Source: Lingula anatina (Eukaryota > Animalia > Brachiopoda). From it: a stretch of DNA of 64,000 nucleotides. Each line of letters opens with the position of its first letter. Position 1 is the stretch's first letter. The position numbers were made by a program, and so were the translations under genes. Positions 28,901-42,478 of this stretch are shown piece by piece. The stretch lies in assembly GCA_051362555.1 (NCBI GenBank), contig CM120642.1, forward strand, positions 31,310,001-31,374,000, read 5' to 3'. The notes beneath the pieces were generated by a model, which made no database searches, was not told the DNA's origin, and was given only the letters and a program-made list of their open reading frames with translations.

Positions 28901-31900
28901 CATGCTTGATTCCAATAACTTCAATTACCTGTAATGACAGTGTAGACAGTGCCTGTCTTTGTAGCTCTAAATAACATGTGTTGATGTTATGTCCTGTGTT
29001 GTTATCTTTCCAGTGGAGAGCTCTGGGAAAGAGCTCTAGGAGACAGTAGGTACATGAGGGGAATAGATAGGGAAAATAACTGTACCTTTGATGGGAAGAT
29101 ATAGGATAGGGCTGAAGTTGTTAACTATGGTCCCATTAATCTGAAACAGTTTTTAGAACTGAACTATTTTATTAAAAATTGTATAAAACATGGAATCCAG
29201 GTGCAAAAACAGGTTAAGCAATGTTTTGCGTGTAGAAAAAAACTATTTTTCAAAAAATATTTTCTTAATTTTAAGTCAATGTATAAAAAATTTCAATAAA
29301 ATCCCTGTTACAAAGTTAACTCAAAAATGATGCCTGTGGTAATAATCTAAAGTACTTTGTATTCATTGCATATGATGTGAATGCGGTATATAACAAAGCA
29401 TGATGAAGATCCACTGGGGATTTCTTTTTGAATGTTGAAAATCCCATTAGGAAGAGAGCATTTTGAAAACTGTGTAATAACAAACTCGGTCAATATTTTC
29501 TTTATTTACCTAGAGGATGCCATATTTCCTGTAGCCTGCTAATACTAAAATTGCTGACTTCAATCAAGTACATTAATTTTGACACCCAGGTAGAGAAAAA
29601 ATAAACTGACTGATGAACTTCAGTGAAAATTAAATAAATGAAGGGTTGGAAACATGATGTAATGGGAAGTAAAAAAAAGCAGTCTTTGTGAAGAAAAAAA
29701 GATTAAAACCTGAAGTTAAGTAATCTCAGTCTGAGTATTCTTATTTTAAAACTAAAAATGGAAAAAGTAATTCTCTTCACACCATGAGGAACTATCTGGC
29801 AAACATTCTTGCCAGATTAGCCAGATTTTCAGATGGCGGAAGTGAAGGTTTTAGGACCACCATAGCAGGAATAAATGATCACAATGAACACAACACTCCT
29901 CTACTACATAATTACACTGTACGGCAACCACTGCCAGCATTCTGCCTCTCAGCTTTGAGAAAGTGGGCGGCCTGAATCGTCTTCCACCTTGTTATTATTA
30001 TGATCTAGCATAAGTTTTGTCACTGGAAGCTAAGTTTAGACGCGCCAAAACAAAGTCTTAGCGGCTCAAGGTACCCAGGGAGACAGCCCTTTGAAACATT
30101 AAAATGCCGTAATCCTCAGATCATCGAACCTATAGTTAAAGTTCATTAAGACTGGATAAATATCATTCTGTCCTCTCCTTCCCAGTGCACTTAGTCTGAT
30201 ACAGAATTGTCTCTGCGTGGATTAGCCATGGGATATTTGGACTGGATTAAAACGATGAAATTGTTACTTGCATGCAGCCCCATCGGGTAGAAATCCTAGC
30301 TGAAAGCCTAAAATAATATCATATCTTGTAACTAGCAGGCAAGGTGTGCACCAGGTATTAAAATGCTTTTTCCATTTGAATTAATCCTCAGTCAACAACA
30401 CTGAGTGAAAGTTAACCTGTCACTAGTGGCTCATTGTATGAACAAGAGATTGTCTGGGACTTTCTTGACCCCAGGACTTAGACGGAGATTCAGGGTTGAA
30501 GCACAAAGTTAGTCCAGAGAGTGAGAAGTAGAGGGTAACTTTACTTTTAATTAACCCTTTCGTAGGATTAACCCGAGTTAGGCAAAGAGTTTAATCATTA
30601 GGCTTAACAGTCATGAAGGTGATATGTGTAGCAGTATCTAGAACCTGATCTCCAATAGGTAAGTGCTTTAAAGATAGTATGAAATATAAAAAAAATCTTA
30701 ATTTCAAGTAAAGTCATATTTCACCAACTGAAATTGAACAATATTTTGGGTATTGCCCAATCTTTCACAATCTTGAATGATTTTTTTGCCATGCATGATT
30801 CCAGGATTTTTTCCACAAGTATTGAGAAAATTTAAATGTAAATCATTGTCATTCAAGGTACACAAAAACAAGAGAGGAGTCCACATTAGCATATAAGTAG
30901 ACTGGCATTTCAAATCCCAGGTTGGATTAGCCAGAATTCCTGCACTGATGCTGGAAGTGTGCTTTCATTAATTTACTAACTGCACCCTGGGGACAGGGGT
31001 GAGAACTAAACAAGTCAGTAAGAGCACCTGCTGTAACCAGGGTGCTTTTTTGTGAACCACTTCTGGGTTGTAGTAATTTAATGAGGATTTTTATCTTATT
31101 TGTATTATACTCAGGTTGTCTAGTTTGACGATAAGTTATTGCAGTAAAAGAATGTGAGGCTTTAAAGTAATTTTTGAACGCAGGTGTGAAACATTGATGA
31201 TGATTCCTTAAGCCATTTTAATTAAAGCATGATCTAATTCTAGCAACAAATTTTGGAAAGAATTTTTTAATTGATTACATCAAACAAAAAAGGAAGATAA
31301 CCAACCTCTCTTTGATTAATGTAGTCAAAGTTTGAATAGGTATTTAAGTAGATAAAACTCCAATAAATCAGATGTGGTTTGATAAGTATCTTTCCAGCTT
31401 CTACACTGTTACATTCAATTATCACAACTAAGTCCACACCCTGTATATCAACTTGTCATGAATGAGATTTACAACCTGAGCCCATGTTATGTCAGAGATG
31501 GAAACCCAGCAACAGTTGAAGGGAAATCAGGGTAGTTGTTGCCAGATCAGTTCTGTTCACTGGAGGAATTTTCATACAGTACCAAATTTGAAATGGTAAT
31601 GAGCCAAAAACCTGTTATCAGGAATAAAAAGTTAAAAATGAATAAAAAGTTATATTTGGCAGTAAGAGTTATGAAGAGGCCCCACCATGTCTCAACTGTC
31701 TGGTGTATCAATTGGTTATCTGTTGACACATTTTGGACTCCTCTCCGTTCCAAGATGTGCCACTTGTGAACAGACACGTAGAGTTCCTATGTGATTTACC
31801 ATTCACTCCAGCCCCCATTGCATCACTCCCAAGGTTCAATTAACATGCAGGTTAATTAACTTGATGTCTATCTGGTTGTAAATCTCATCAGAGCTTATTA

Positions 31901-32659
31901 CCAGGAGCTGGCTCATGACATGTAGCAGTCTGAAGGAGAGTTAGTTTTAATAGCAGGAGTCTCTTAGGCAAGACTTGCTGGCTCTGGAACTGGCATCTGG
32001 CATTGGTTTTGAATGCAGTCTTGAGGTGCTGATCCCTCTGTGTACCTGTTATGGGAGCTTTCAAACTTATTATGTCTCTGGTAAGGAAACTGTTGCTTAT
32101 GTCGCTTGGTATGTTGCAAATTTTGGTCATACTTCAGGTAAAATTACTTCTTTTTTTTTTCTTTTGTAAAAATAGATGTGTAGCAAAATGGAGAAAATAT
32201 TCATCGAAGGGATCAATGATGGATCTCCACTAGATGTGGTTGATATGGGTCAGTTTTTTTAAAGATTAACTCCTACACATGATGTTTTATTTATAGTAGA
32301 TTTATGTGGCAAATTATGAAAGTTTTGGTTATTAGTTGAGTTTGGGCCACCATTTTTAGTTCTGTCTTGTTTAGTTAGTGTTATAGAGTTAAATATTGAA
32401 TGATATGTGTTTAGATTCAGGTAGCATGATGATTCTATAAAGTGCATGTGTTCTGAATGATAGACAAATATCAATAGTAGATAATAAATGGAAGTCATTG
32501 TTATTCCTACGACCAGCATGTTATCTTTCCATTATTTCCCCACTCTAACCACAAACTAACCTCCATGTTATAGTATCTCTCCAGGCATTCATTTTCAGCT
32601 GGTGCTTGACAATGAAAAACACAACAAATTGTACATAACTGTTTGATTTAGTGTGCATA

Positions 32660-33120
32660 ATTTCTCAATAACGAACACACACGCACACGCTTGAACTGTC
32701 TGTCCGTTTTCAATGCTTCGTCATGTGATATAACAAACCTTGTATGACTGTAATATTCCTATGTGTCAATGTCATGTGTGTTTCATCAGTCACGTGTGAA
32801 TTTCCAAAAGAAAGCAATCTTGTCAGCATGAAATTATTTTGCGCAGTGTCACTCTTGTCTGTTTGCGTTAGTCTTCTGCAAGTCTTCTTCGGAAAAAAAG
32901 CTCAGTGGCCTACGCTTCAGTTTCAAAGTGTTCACCGTCCTGGATCAGTTGCCATGCATGGGGCAGAGATAGGGTCCCTTGATTGAAATTCTGCGCTTCA
33001 TTTCACTGTCTTCTTTGCAATTTTAAGTCCTGTAATTTGATGATTAGACGCCTTTCTGTCGCTCTGATTGGGTTCAGTAAGAGGGCTTACTCCAGTAGGG
33101 CTTGAGTAAACCTTACTGTG
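32660..33120 (+). promoter_or_regulatory. CpG-retaining island, candidate promoter or enhancer
   Basis: Elevated CpG, E-box CACGTG, Inr-like TCAGTT near 32917, TGTCGCTCTGATTGG (reverse CCAAT), and a possible donor GTAAGA at 33077. Confidence 0.3.
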
Positions 33121-35246
33121 ACTGAGAAAAATTGGTAGCTTTTGTGTAAGAATGGGGGATGTTGTCTCACCTGCAGTTGCAGCTGTTTAACTTACCTGTA
33201 ACTTAAAACACCAAATAATATCCCTAACATGGGCTGAAAATTAACACCGAAAGGTGATAACCAAAAAATTATATCATACCCTTTTGGTCCTTTTCTTTGT
33301 CATTTATTTTTCAGTGGGGGTTCTTGAACAGGGGATTATGATAAATGAGCTCTCTGTTATACCTGTGGTTTAAAGTTACTTTTTTGATTTTGATTTTTTC
33401 CTGAAACTAAAAGACCAATAAATTTGTATGAGACAGTTCAGAGTTTTTTATTTAAAATTTACATATTATAAAGTTCAAATCAGGCCGCAAACAAGGGACA
33501 AAGCAGTTTTTTATTAACTAATCTTTCCCAGGTTTCGGAGCAAAAAAAAATAACTTGGAGCTCCAGCCTAGTTCATCTTTTACTGCCATGCCTCCATAAA
33601 TCACTTAAATATCAAAGGATATTAGAAAGTGATCAAATTAATGCCTTCACACTTTTGAAATTTTTTAACAGTGTTCAGCTGTTCTTTTAATCAGGTGGCA
33701 AAATTGTAATTGATTTTAAGTGTAAAACAGCTGCCTGTTACATCCAGGGTCAGAAATTTTGGACCCCTTTACTGGTAACCTTGGACATTTTTTGGTGGAC
33801 CTTTATATGGAATTTTATTTTTAAGCCTTGAAGGAATTTTTCTTTGGGTTTTTCAAGAAACTTCTTGTTTGACCATCAGCAGGCCTTCAAGTTCAGCTAC
33901 AAGGGTGTTGATAGGCAGCAGTTTGGGATTTTGTATACTTCAGCATTCAGCTTGGATCTAAAACATAACCATTTCATTGTAAACCTCAAGCTGTCCAGGA
34001 TGCCTAGACTTTCCACTGTTTTAAAAACACAGTGATCTGGCATTCCTTCTCAGCCTGTACTCTGGCAACCACTGGGTACTTCCTTGCCTTCTGTCCCATA
34101 TAAGGCAGAGATATAAACATGTCAGATACATTGTAGCCACTTGAGTGGCAGGGTGCTCTCCCCTGGATACAATCTGTGTTTTTCTTTGAACTTCAGCTCC
34201 AATGTGTTGCTTATATTCAAAGTAAATTCTTGGCTTATTCAATTTTGCAGCTTTCATCTCAATTGAGCCCACTCACACAGTTGAACTAGGAGGTTGGAAA
34301 GTTTTGGTTTTCTTTTGTTTCTGCAAAAGTGGTTCTACGTCATTTGTTATTTTGTGTCCTAACTTAAAGCAGAGAATAATAGATTTTTTAAATTTCACAT
34401 TTTTGTAGATTCTCAGATCAGTTTGGTCCATATATTACATAAAGATATATTTGAAAATAAAAGTAAAGTTACTCCTTGTTTTAACATTTTGTAGTTCAAC
34501 AATGGTCGTTATGTAAATTTTATCGTTAAAAAGTGAAAATTATCCTGCAAAGGGAGATGCCATTGTGAACGAGAGTACAACCCCACTTCAAAGAAACATC
34601 TGGCAACTTGTTGCACCTTGGTTTTATCAAGTCAAGCTTTGTTATTTCTGTTCACTGGTTCCTTCTATGTTTGGTATTGTGCTTTGCGAGATGTCTGTTC
34701 TCTGAGAGGTTCGAGAGGGGTAACAACATTTGATTATGGACAAACCATGTTACTGAGGAGAGGGCTGATAGGGTTCATAATTAATATGAAGATAAAGTTA
34801 AAGCATATTTCAAGGGCCCAAATCAAGAATTACATTAAATGGATTCTAACATTGTACACAGTCATTAAGTTTGAACAAAAAGACCCCCCGTAGGGAGCCC
34901 CTCTGTTCTGGTTTGATCTTTTTAAGGTATACACAAAAGAAAAAGTGGAAACAGGTTGTAGTAGGTGTTGTAGAACCTGGAGAGTAATGTAGATCAGAAT
35001 TCCTATGGAATCTAGAAGCATAGAGGTGTTATTTGGTATGTAGTGTTTTGTTTCTTCTTGTAGGATTATTTTATGTGAGATTGTCATTATTGTTTTGTTT
35101 TGCAGAAGCAGTGTCAGGGAATATTTACCTTTGTCTCTTGGCATCTATATTGTCACCTTTTAAGAATAAGTTTGTTGAAGATGACACGAAAGCCGTAGGA
35201 AATTTAGTGTTTGAATCATGTTAAAAGTCACTTCTGCATTCTGCTT

Positions 35247-35433
35247 CAGCCCTGTATCAGTTTTGATTTGGCTCATATTTTGATTTTGGACGGAAAAGGT
35301 CCACTCTTAATCAAAATATGATCTAGCTTTCAAGCTTTTTCTCAAATTGGGTCTATTAAGGGATAAAAAGGTCCACTTTTTCAGAAAAAAAAAGATCACC
35401 CCCCCCTCCTTGAAATTGCTAGCTACAGGTCTG
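35247..35433. mobile_element. Degenerate MITE (family shared with 61447-61570)
   Basis: Ends cagccctgtatcag / ctagctacaggtctg form degenerate short TIRs. The internal ggtccactttttcagaaaaa...cccc...tgaaattgct aligns to 61447-61570. Confidence 0.6.
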
Positions 35434-36534
35434 TCTGATTGTATGGTCATACATTCATCTTCCTGAAATTCAACCCAGGTCTTGTTTCCAAGGTGATCAT
35501 TATATATCATTTAAATAATTAATAAGATGTATTCAAAAAAGTTTTTATGAATTCCTAGATTGCCCACTCAAAGTGAGTTGTGCTTACTCCAGTGTAAAAC
35601 CCATCAATTGCAATCAATGTAACCCTAGCCCGTTTCATTATGATTAAGTCCCCCAAGAGGAATCAGTATAATATGTACCTGTAAATTCTTAGTCAATGGA
35701 ATAATTACCTGGAATCGATAACCATCTTGTGATTGATAAGTGAAAGGTATTCCACGATTAGCCTGTCAATTTAGGAGTGGTGTCAATCAGTCAAAGAGAA
35801 GAGAGGAGAAGCATCTTGTGTGAGGTGCCCTGTGTTTGAGGTGGGGGTTTCAGTGATGAGGTCATTCAGCCAGGTAATTACAAGCCTGGGAGGGTATTAA
35901 TAGATAAATGATCATTTTTTATAGGAGAAATGTCAGTTATTGTGTTGTGGATTTCAAGCTGCTAGAAGTTAATTTTCTCTACTTGTAGAAATTAAACTTT
36001 TTTGTACATGTACAGGTCACTCTGAAAAAATATCAATTTTAACATAAAAGAATTTTTTTCTTCAATCCAGTCAAACAACCTCTCATTTTAAAGATAGATA
36101 TTGAAGATTTGCACATATGGACATCAAAGTGTAGCATTATAATCTTATGACACCTCATATGTTAAGCTTGATTTGCTGAAGCCATTGTTGCTAGTGCTGA
36201 AGCCATAAGTCATGTGAATACTACTATAGACTATTCTAATCAGATAGGACACATCCAATGTAGTATTATATATTATATATCAAACAAGTAAATGAAATTA
36301 ATGCATATAATAAGTGAGATGGTTTTGTGGGTAGTGCTAGTCAAGTTTATTTCTTACTAAAAACACTGGTCCTGTGGCGATATTCATCCCTGCTGTCATT
36401 AGACCCCTCCCCTTGCCCCAGGGTACCTGGTTTGCCCCAGGGTTGTGGACTGAAGAGGGCATGCACCTCAGTCACCTGCCACCCTTTCTTACCCTTGGGA
36501 ACAAGTTAATTGCTTGGTTCATTTCTTTATTACA

Positions 36535-36593
36535 TTTTTTTTTTTTTTTGTTTTTTTTTTTTTTTTGTTTTTTTTTGTTTTTTTTGTTTGTTT
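36535..36593. repeat. Interrupted poly(T) tract
   Basis: T runs interrupted by single G residues. Confidence 0.9.
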
Positions 36594-39500
36594 GGGGGAG
36601 TCTGTTTACCTTTTATGCAAAAATGATTTTTTCTGTGACAAAATTTCTTTTACTTTTGAATCTACGTAAGCCTTCAGTTTTCTCTCCAAATTGCTGACCA
36701 AATTACAATTATTCAGTTTAAAATGTTCATTGACGTAATGGAAAGCCTCACATCTGTTGACTTTGGCAATAGACGACAAGACAAATGTAACAGCGAATAT
36801 CCACCTGAAGTGTGGCAGAAGTCAGTGATTTTGTACTTGAAATTAAAGGCGGTTACCATTTAGCCCTGTGGTAAATTACTTAAGGCAGACACGGAGGGGA
36901 TTATTTGAGGTGCAACAAAAGAAACACTTGCCTTAATTTACCCCTTGTGCTGATTGCGTAAAGTTCAATAATGGCCCCTGAGTAAAGACATTGTGGTGAT
37001 TTTCTTCCATTCATTTATCCCTTCTATGAATGTATCTCAATTCAAATGGATACATTTTAGAGATGTTTCAGTCTTTTCCAGTTAAATTAACATGAAAATC
37101 AGTCTGGCATATGTTTCTTTTTATCATTAGTATAAATCTATAAAACTCCTTTTTTCATGATCTTTCAAAACATAATACATGTGCAACTCGTAATTCACAG
37201 AGTCAATGATGCATCCAGTTTATTTAGCCTTCAGTTGCAGCTATTACATGTTCACAGCAGGCACCTGCTTGTCTTGAAGCTACAGCAATTTTCCTGAAAT
37301 TATCAAAATTACAGAAATTGCTCTAACTTGGAGACACCAGGCAAGTCACCAAGGAAGGGGATTAGTCTGTGTCTGCCTGTCACTGTCTGTGTACACCCAG
37401 AACTGTGCGTCAGGGAAACAGTAGGGGGACATTTGACATCTTCGTGAAGTTATTTTTAATTTTTAGATAATAGATGGAGTTGTTTGTTAATGTTATGACA
37501 GTTTACACTTAGTATTAAATATTTTATAATTTTTGTTTTAAAAAATGAAATTGTTACATTAAAAGTTAGCATTTTTATTATAATGATTATTATGAAGCTT
37601 GTATTCTGTTAAAGAGCTTCTTCTGAAAATGCAAAATTGATCAAGTATTTCAGTAAATATTTTGGATTTTTCACCCTTCATTATTGATCTCCCAAAACAT
37701 AAATGCAAGGTCAAGACCTCACAGGAATGGAAAACCTAAATGAACTAGCTCATGGCAGAGCTGATAATTATTAATTAGTTCCTGAAGAGTTTGTGGAAAG
37801 TTATTAGCAGCTTATGGGTAGGAAGTCTCCTAACTAGTAATTCCGTATAGGTGTGCAATTGTTTAGTGTATTGCAGGAAAAGTGTCCATTTGAAGTCTTT
37901 CATATTTTCAATGGAGAAGGCAATTATATGTTTTGAATTGGCAATGATATGCCATGATTTTGTGAAAAGGGTGTAAAAATTTCTCTGGGAAAATACCCTG
38001 ACTTTCATGACTCTCTCACCCTAAGTACAATATTTACCATTCTCTATACTTAAATATTATTTCCTGTCTTCTAATTCAACTAAACCCCACAATTTTCAAT
38101 GCAACAGGAAATGTATCTTTGGATAGTCAATCCATGTAAAGAAAGGCATGTTTTATTATACAGTAAATAGGTATTACTTCTTGGTTAGGTGTTCCTTTGT
38201 TAAATTTCAATTGTTAGATCTTTATCAGAGGGGTCCAGACTTTGCTGAATGAAGATGATCATTTTGATTATAGTGTAACAGCTTTGTATGGGGGAGAAAA
38301 TTGCCCAACACCTCAGTCCATACTGTGTTGTACAGTAATAATTATTCACCCTCCATAATTTCTCTTTCTAGAAGGAAATTATTTCTGTACTAAGTGCAAC
38401 TTTGCAATATGGCATATTTGTAGTCAGGCTAGTCATTGGTGAATAGGATGAGATGATGATGATGATAATTGCTTTGTGGAGTTTTCTGATTAAATTTGTG
38501 AATATGACTAGTAGTTATGCCTAATGAGGAAAGGGTGTACAGTCCACCTCCCCTTACTGATAAAGACACCTTGGTGGTTGATATCTCTCCTCATCTGCTC
38601 CTCAAATGGTCTATCTGTGCAAAATCTCAGGAACTGCAGTTTATCTGCCTTTTAGTTCTTTAAATCACTGTCTTGTTACCTGTCTGCAGCAAGTGTTTTA
38701 CAGTTACTGTTTGTTTGCAATTAGATGTAGTGAAATGAATGTTTGGTTGATAACAAATGTTGAATATCTTTCAATATTTATTTCATGAAAACAAAGTACA
38801 GTTGTAAATAAAATAATGAAATGTGTTTCCATTCACCACAGATGTATGTATAAGTGCTTTCAGTTTAAAAGTTGAAATAACTTCATTTGGTTTCATTTGA
38901 CTAATGGAAGCATGAAAAGTTCTGTCATGTGGTGCAATGTTTTATGAAATTTGAATTAATGCTGATTTCCATAAAAAGCTTATTGCCAGTAATGGGATAT
39001 TCCAATAAATTGAAATTTAAACACTAAAACAGGTTTATGAGGCTTGAAAAAACAAGCATTGCTTCAGAATGTTACAGCTTGATTGAGTGATTCAATTTAT
39101 CACGGCTGCACAGAGTGCTTCAGCAAAAGTGCTGCAATCTTTTTCTGTCATTCACCCACTCATCTAGCCATGTGTGAACTGCCACTCTTCAATGGCTTAT
39201 CAAGGGGACTGAAAAACTTACTGTATGGCTTCTTGTGGAAGTCTTCTGCTGAGAGACTGCTAACTGCCCGCATAGCTGTCAGTTTATTATAGAGATGAAT
39301 TGCTGAAGCCATTTTGACTGTGTGCTTTTCCATAGGAAATAAAGATGAAATGCAATATATCTGTCAGTTAATCACTTAACACTGGTAATAGGGCATGTAA
39401 GGAAATTATACTGTTATTATTTTGAAGCCAGTTATATGGTGTATATATGACGTAGTGTATTATTAATTTACTTGGTGTTTTTATTGTATCCCTTCATGGA

Positions 39501-42478
39501 TCCTTTTTTTTTCACACGTGAAAGATATGGTTTTATGAGAAACTGGCTTATGTTTATATTTATTCGAAAAAAATTGCTGTCTCTTTGGTATAATTTTGTT
39601 AGTTCTGTTGATAATCATAGTAATTAGTACTATGGCCAATGTCATTCTCCCTGTCGTGATGAGCTCTTAATCTTTTGACCTGTACTGAGAAACATGACTG
39701 GAAGGTACAGAGAGAACTTTGTCAGGTCAAGATTTGTTAGAAGCCATAAGGAGATCTGTACTTTTGAGCATTATACCAAAAGTTATTAGAAGATGTGTGC
39801 AGATCCATTCAGAGTGGTCCTTAGAATAACAGTTGACAAATTCAAACTTTTTTCCTTTCTCCTCAAGTTGAAATTTTGACAGCTGTAGCCCCATGTTGAG
39901 CAGTTGCTGAAGAGGTTTGTGAAGAGGCTTCAAGAGGCCCGCATGGACTCTCCAGCAGTCATCGCAATAGAATTACCTTCGCTGAATTGATTCCATGCAA
40001 ACAATACACTGAACCACTCGAGGCTCCTTTTACACCTTGTCATATTTAGACATAGGATTTCAATTAGGCCTGCAGCATTTGTTACTCTAGGGTCTCCAGT
40101 GTGCTTGGAGGATTTGGATGGATTGTGTGTCACTGCTAGGGTTAAGTGTGGAGTGGGCATGTTGTGTGTGTCATCTCTGCATTCCAGCATAACAGCACTG
40201 TCTTATGTAATGGCTATTGTGCGGCATAAGCTTTGGTCAGGTGGAAAGTATTGTAATGGTGTGGTTTGGGTAGAGCACGTTGCCGCACTAAAACCAATCC
40301 CCTGCTTCTTAAAACATGGTCTTACGATCCTAAATTGAATTCTGTTCTGGTGAAATAAGATGCAACTAAATACCTGGTCCACGGAAATTAAATCTGAGAG
40401 GATTTGTGAAGAGAGAGTGCCACACAGGGTACGGGAGATAAGACACAGTGTTTTGGTTTAATTGACATTCAGCTGCTAGGTAAACGAGAAGTTTTTCTTT
40501 TGTTAACAGGATCTCATTTTGTTTTGGTTGCCTGGCATGGCTCTTGGATCCAAGCCTGAATTTTTAAGCGGGGATTAAGTGAACGGTTATCCAAATATAA
40601 AACGTGGATACCATTGCCTTGTTGGTCTGATAAGTGAGCTGTATACCACGATCTCGGATTATAGTTTTCTGTGATCCCCTGACTAATTATGTGCCAAATC
40701 AAATAGTTTTTCCACAAAACATTGAGCAGATCAATAGATTTGTTTACACCAATAAATCTTCTCTAACAAATGGGAGAAATCACACCTTCTGGTTGATTTC
40801 TGGTCTTCCTGATAGATGACCTAGCCGCGTGATGGCCAGATAATTAGGGTCAGTGTCAATGGTCAGGAGTTAGAACTTCACAGCATGGGATGAGGGACTG
40901 GAGTTGAGGCGAGCGACAGGTAATTGGGACGGTAGTTAGTGGAATCACTTCTGTCTGACAGTCGGGTGACAAGGAGACAATCTGGATACCCGTGCTTCCC
41001 AGGCTGGCTACACCACATGTACTTGTCCACTGGAAGTTCTTTTTCTCTGTAATGCCTTTCATATTTGACTAAGTTCAATTGCTTGCAGTTAAGGGCTTAA
41101 AAGCAAAAAAACATGATCTTCTATTGTGAGGCACGTCTTTGTGAGGGTGTATTCAGATGTCAGCACTTTACAAGCTGTAATCTCTCCACTACAAGTACAA
41201 TAACCAGTATGGCAGGTGTACCAGTTTCATGATTTCTCTCTCTTTGTAAAGACAAAAAAAAGAAAGAAATATAATAGTATATAAAACAGGACAGAAAATG
41301 TTTTATAAGATAAAATAATTTTTAAAAATTTTAAGGTTACATTATCTCTCTGTCTAAAGAGAAAACGATAGAAAATTAAACATGCCAAATATTGTTTATA
41401 AATTTTTCTGTTCAAACAGCATGTAAGAAGAATTAATAAATTGTCATGTAAATTGAAAAAATAAAAATAAAAACAAAAGTTCAATAAACTAGAAAAATTT
41501 GTTTATAACAACATGTGTACTGCCTATTTGAACTGTATGAAATATTTTGTGTAAAGCCCCTTAAATTCAAATCTTAATTAAGATATTTTAGAACAAAAGA
41601 AAAAAATTCCATTCATTTCATGATTTAAAAATAGAAAAAAAGATGAATAAAGAAGGAATTTTGATTCACTTAATGATTTAAAAATAATATCAATGGCCCA
41701 GCAATATAGGTTCACATAATAGTGGTGTAAGGGCTGCAGGGGCTTTTGAAGTCTGAAAGTGTTGTTTTGATCAGCCGCCCAGTGTAACCCAGATTTCCAT
41801 ACTGTTCACCTCTTGTATTGTTCCCTTCTACCCATGGTCGCCAATATTTTGGTAGACCAAAAGCTAATTAAGTCTAGTCCCAAAGCACCCAGTATGCAAT
41901 ATATGACTGAAAAAGCAAAAGGCAGAATTCAAATAACCAGTCTGCTACAGTGGGCTTTCAAACTGGGTATTCTATGGGGGTCTTTGGTGCAGGCAACAAA
42001 CTTCCCTTATAATAACAAACATAAGAAAACACTGCCCATTCTTGTAGCCTAACCTTGTGCAGTGGACTGGAAGGCCACAGCATACCTTGATGAAATTGCT
42101 GTGATCATTCATTTGCATACAAATCCCTTTGCTTACACTGACCAATGACAGTAAAGAGAATGAATGAGCTTTGGTTTGTATGGTCCTTTCAGGTCTGTAC
42201 TAACCGTCCAATGGGAGTGGTGTATGGAGTAAGGAAGCCAGCTCATTTGACTATCTGTATGATCTGTAATTACCTTGTAGGATGGAGTGAAAAGGCTTCA
42301 ACCTGCTCAAGATACTTCAGTGCAAAACCATGACCAGTCAGTGAGTAAGAGACACTGCAGTGAGAGGTGGGCTGCTGTCGCTGTCTTAAAAAGTGAGGCA
42401 GCATTCAGTGTCTCTCATATCTTTATGTAGTGGTGACAGGCCAGGTTGACTTACATTTGGATTTTATTTTTATTCCAG

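Noticed and set aside
1-42400. Dozens of 60-133 aa ORFs as additional variable protocadherin exons or other genes
   Set aside because: No cadherin motifs (DxNDN, LDRE) or other recognisable domains. The composition is that of random AT-rich ORFs, and many use non-ATG starts. There is no vertebrate-style variable coding exon cluster in this window.
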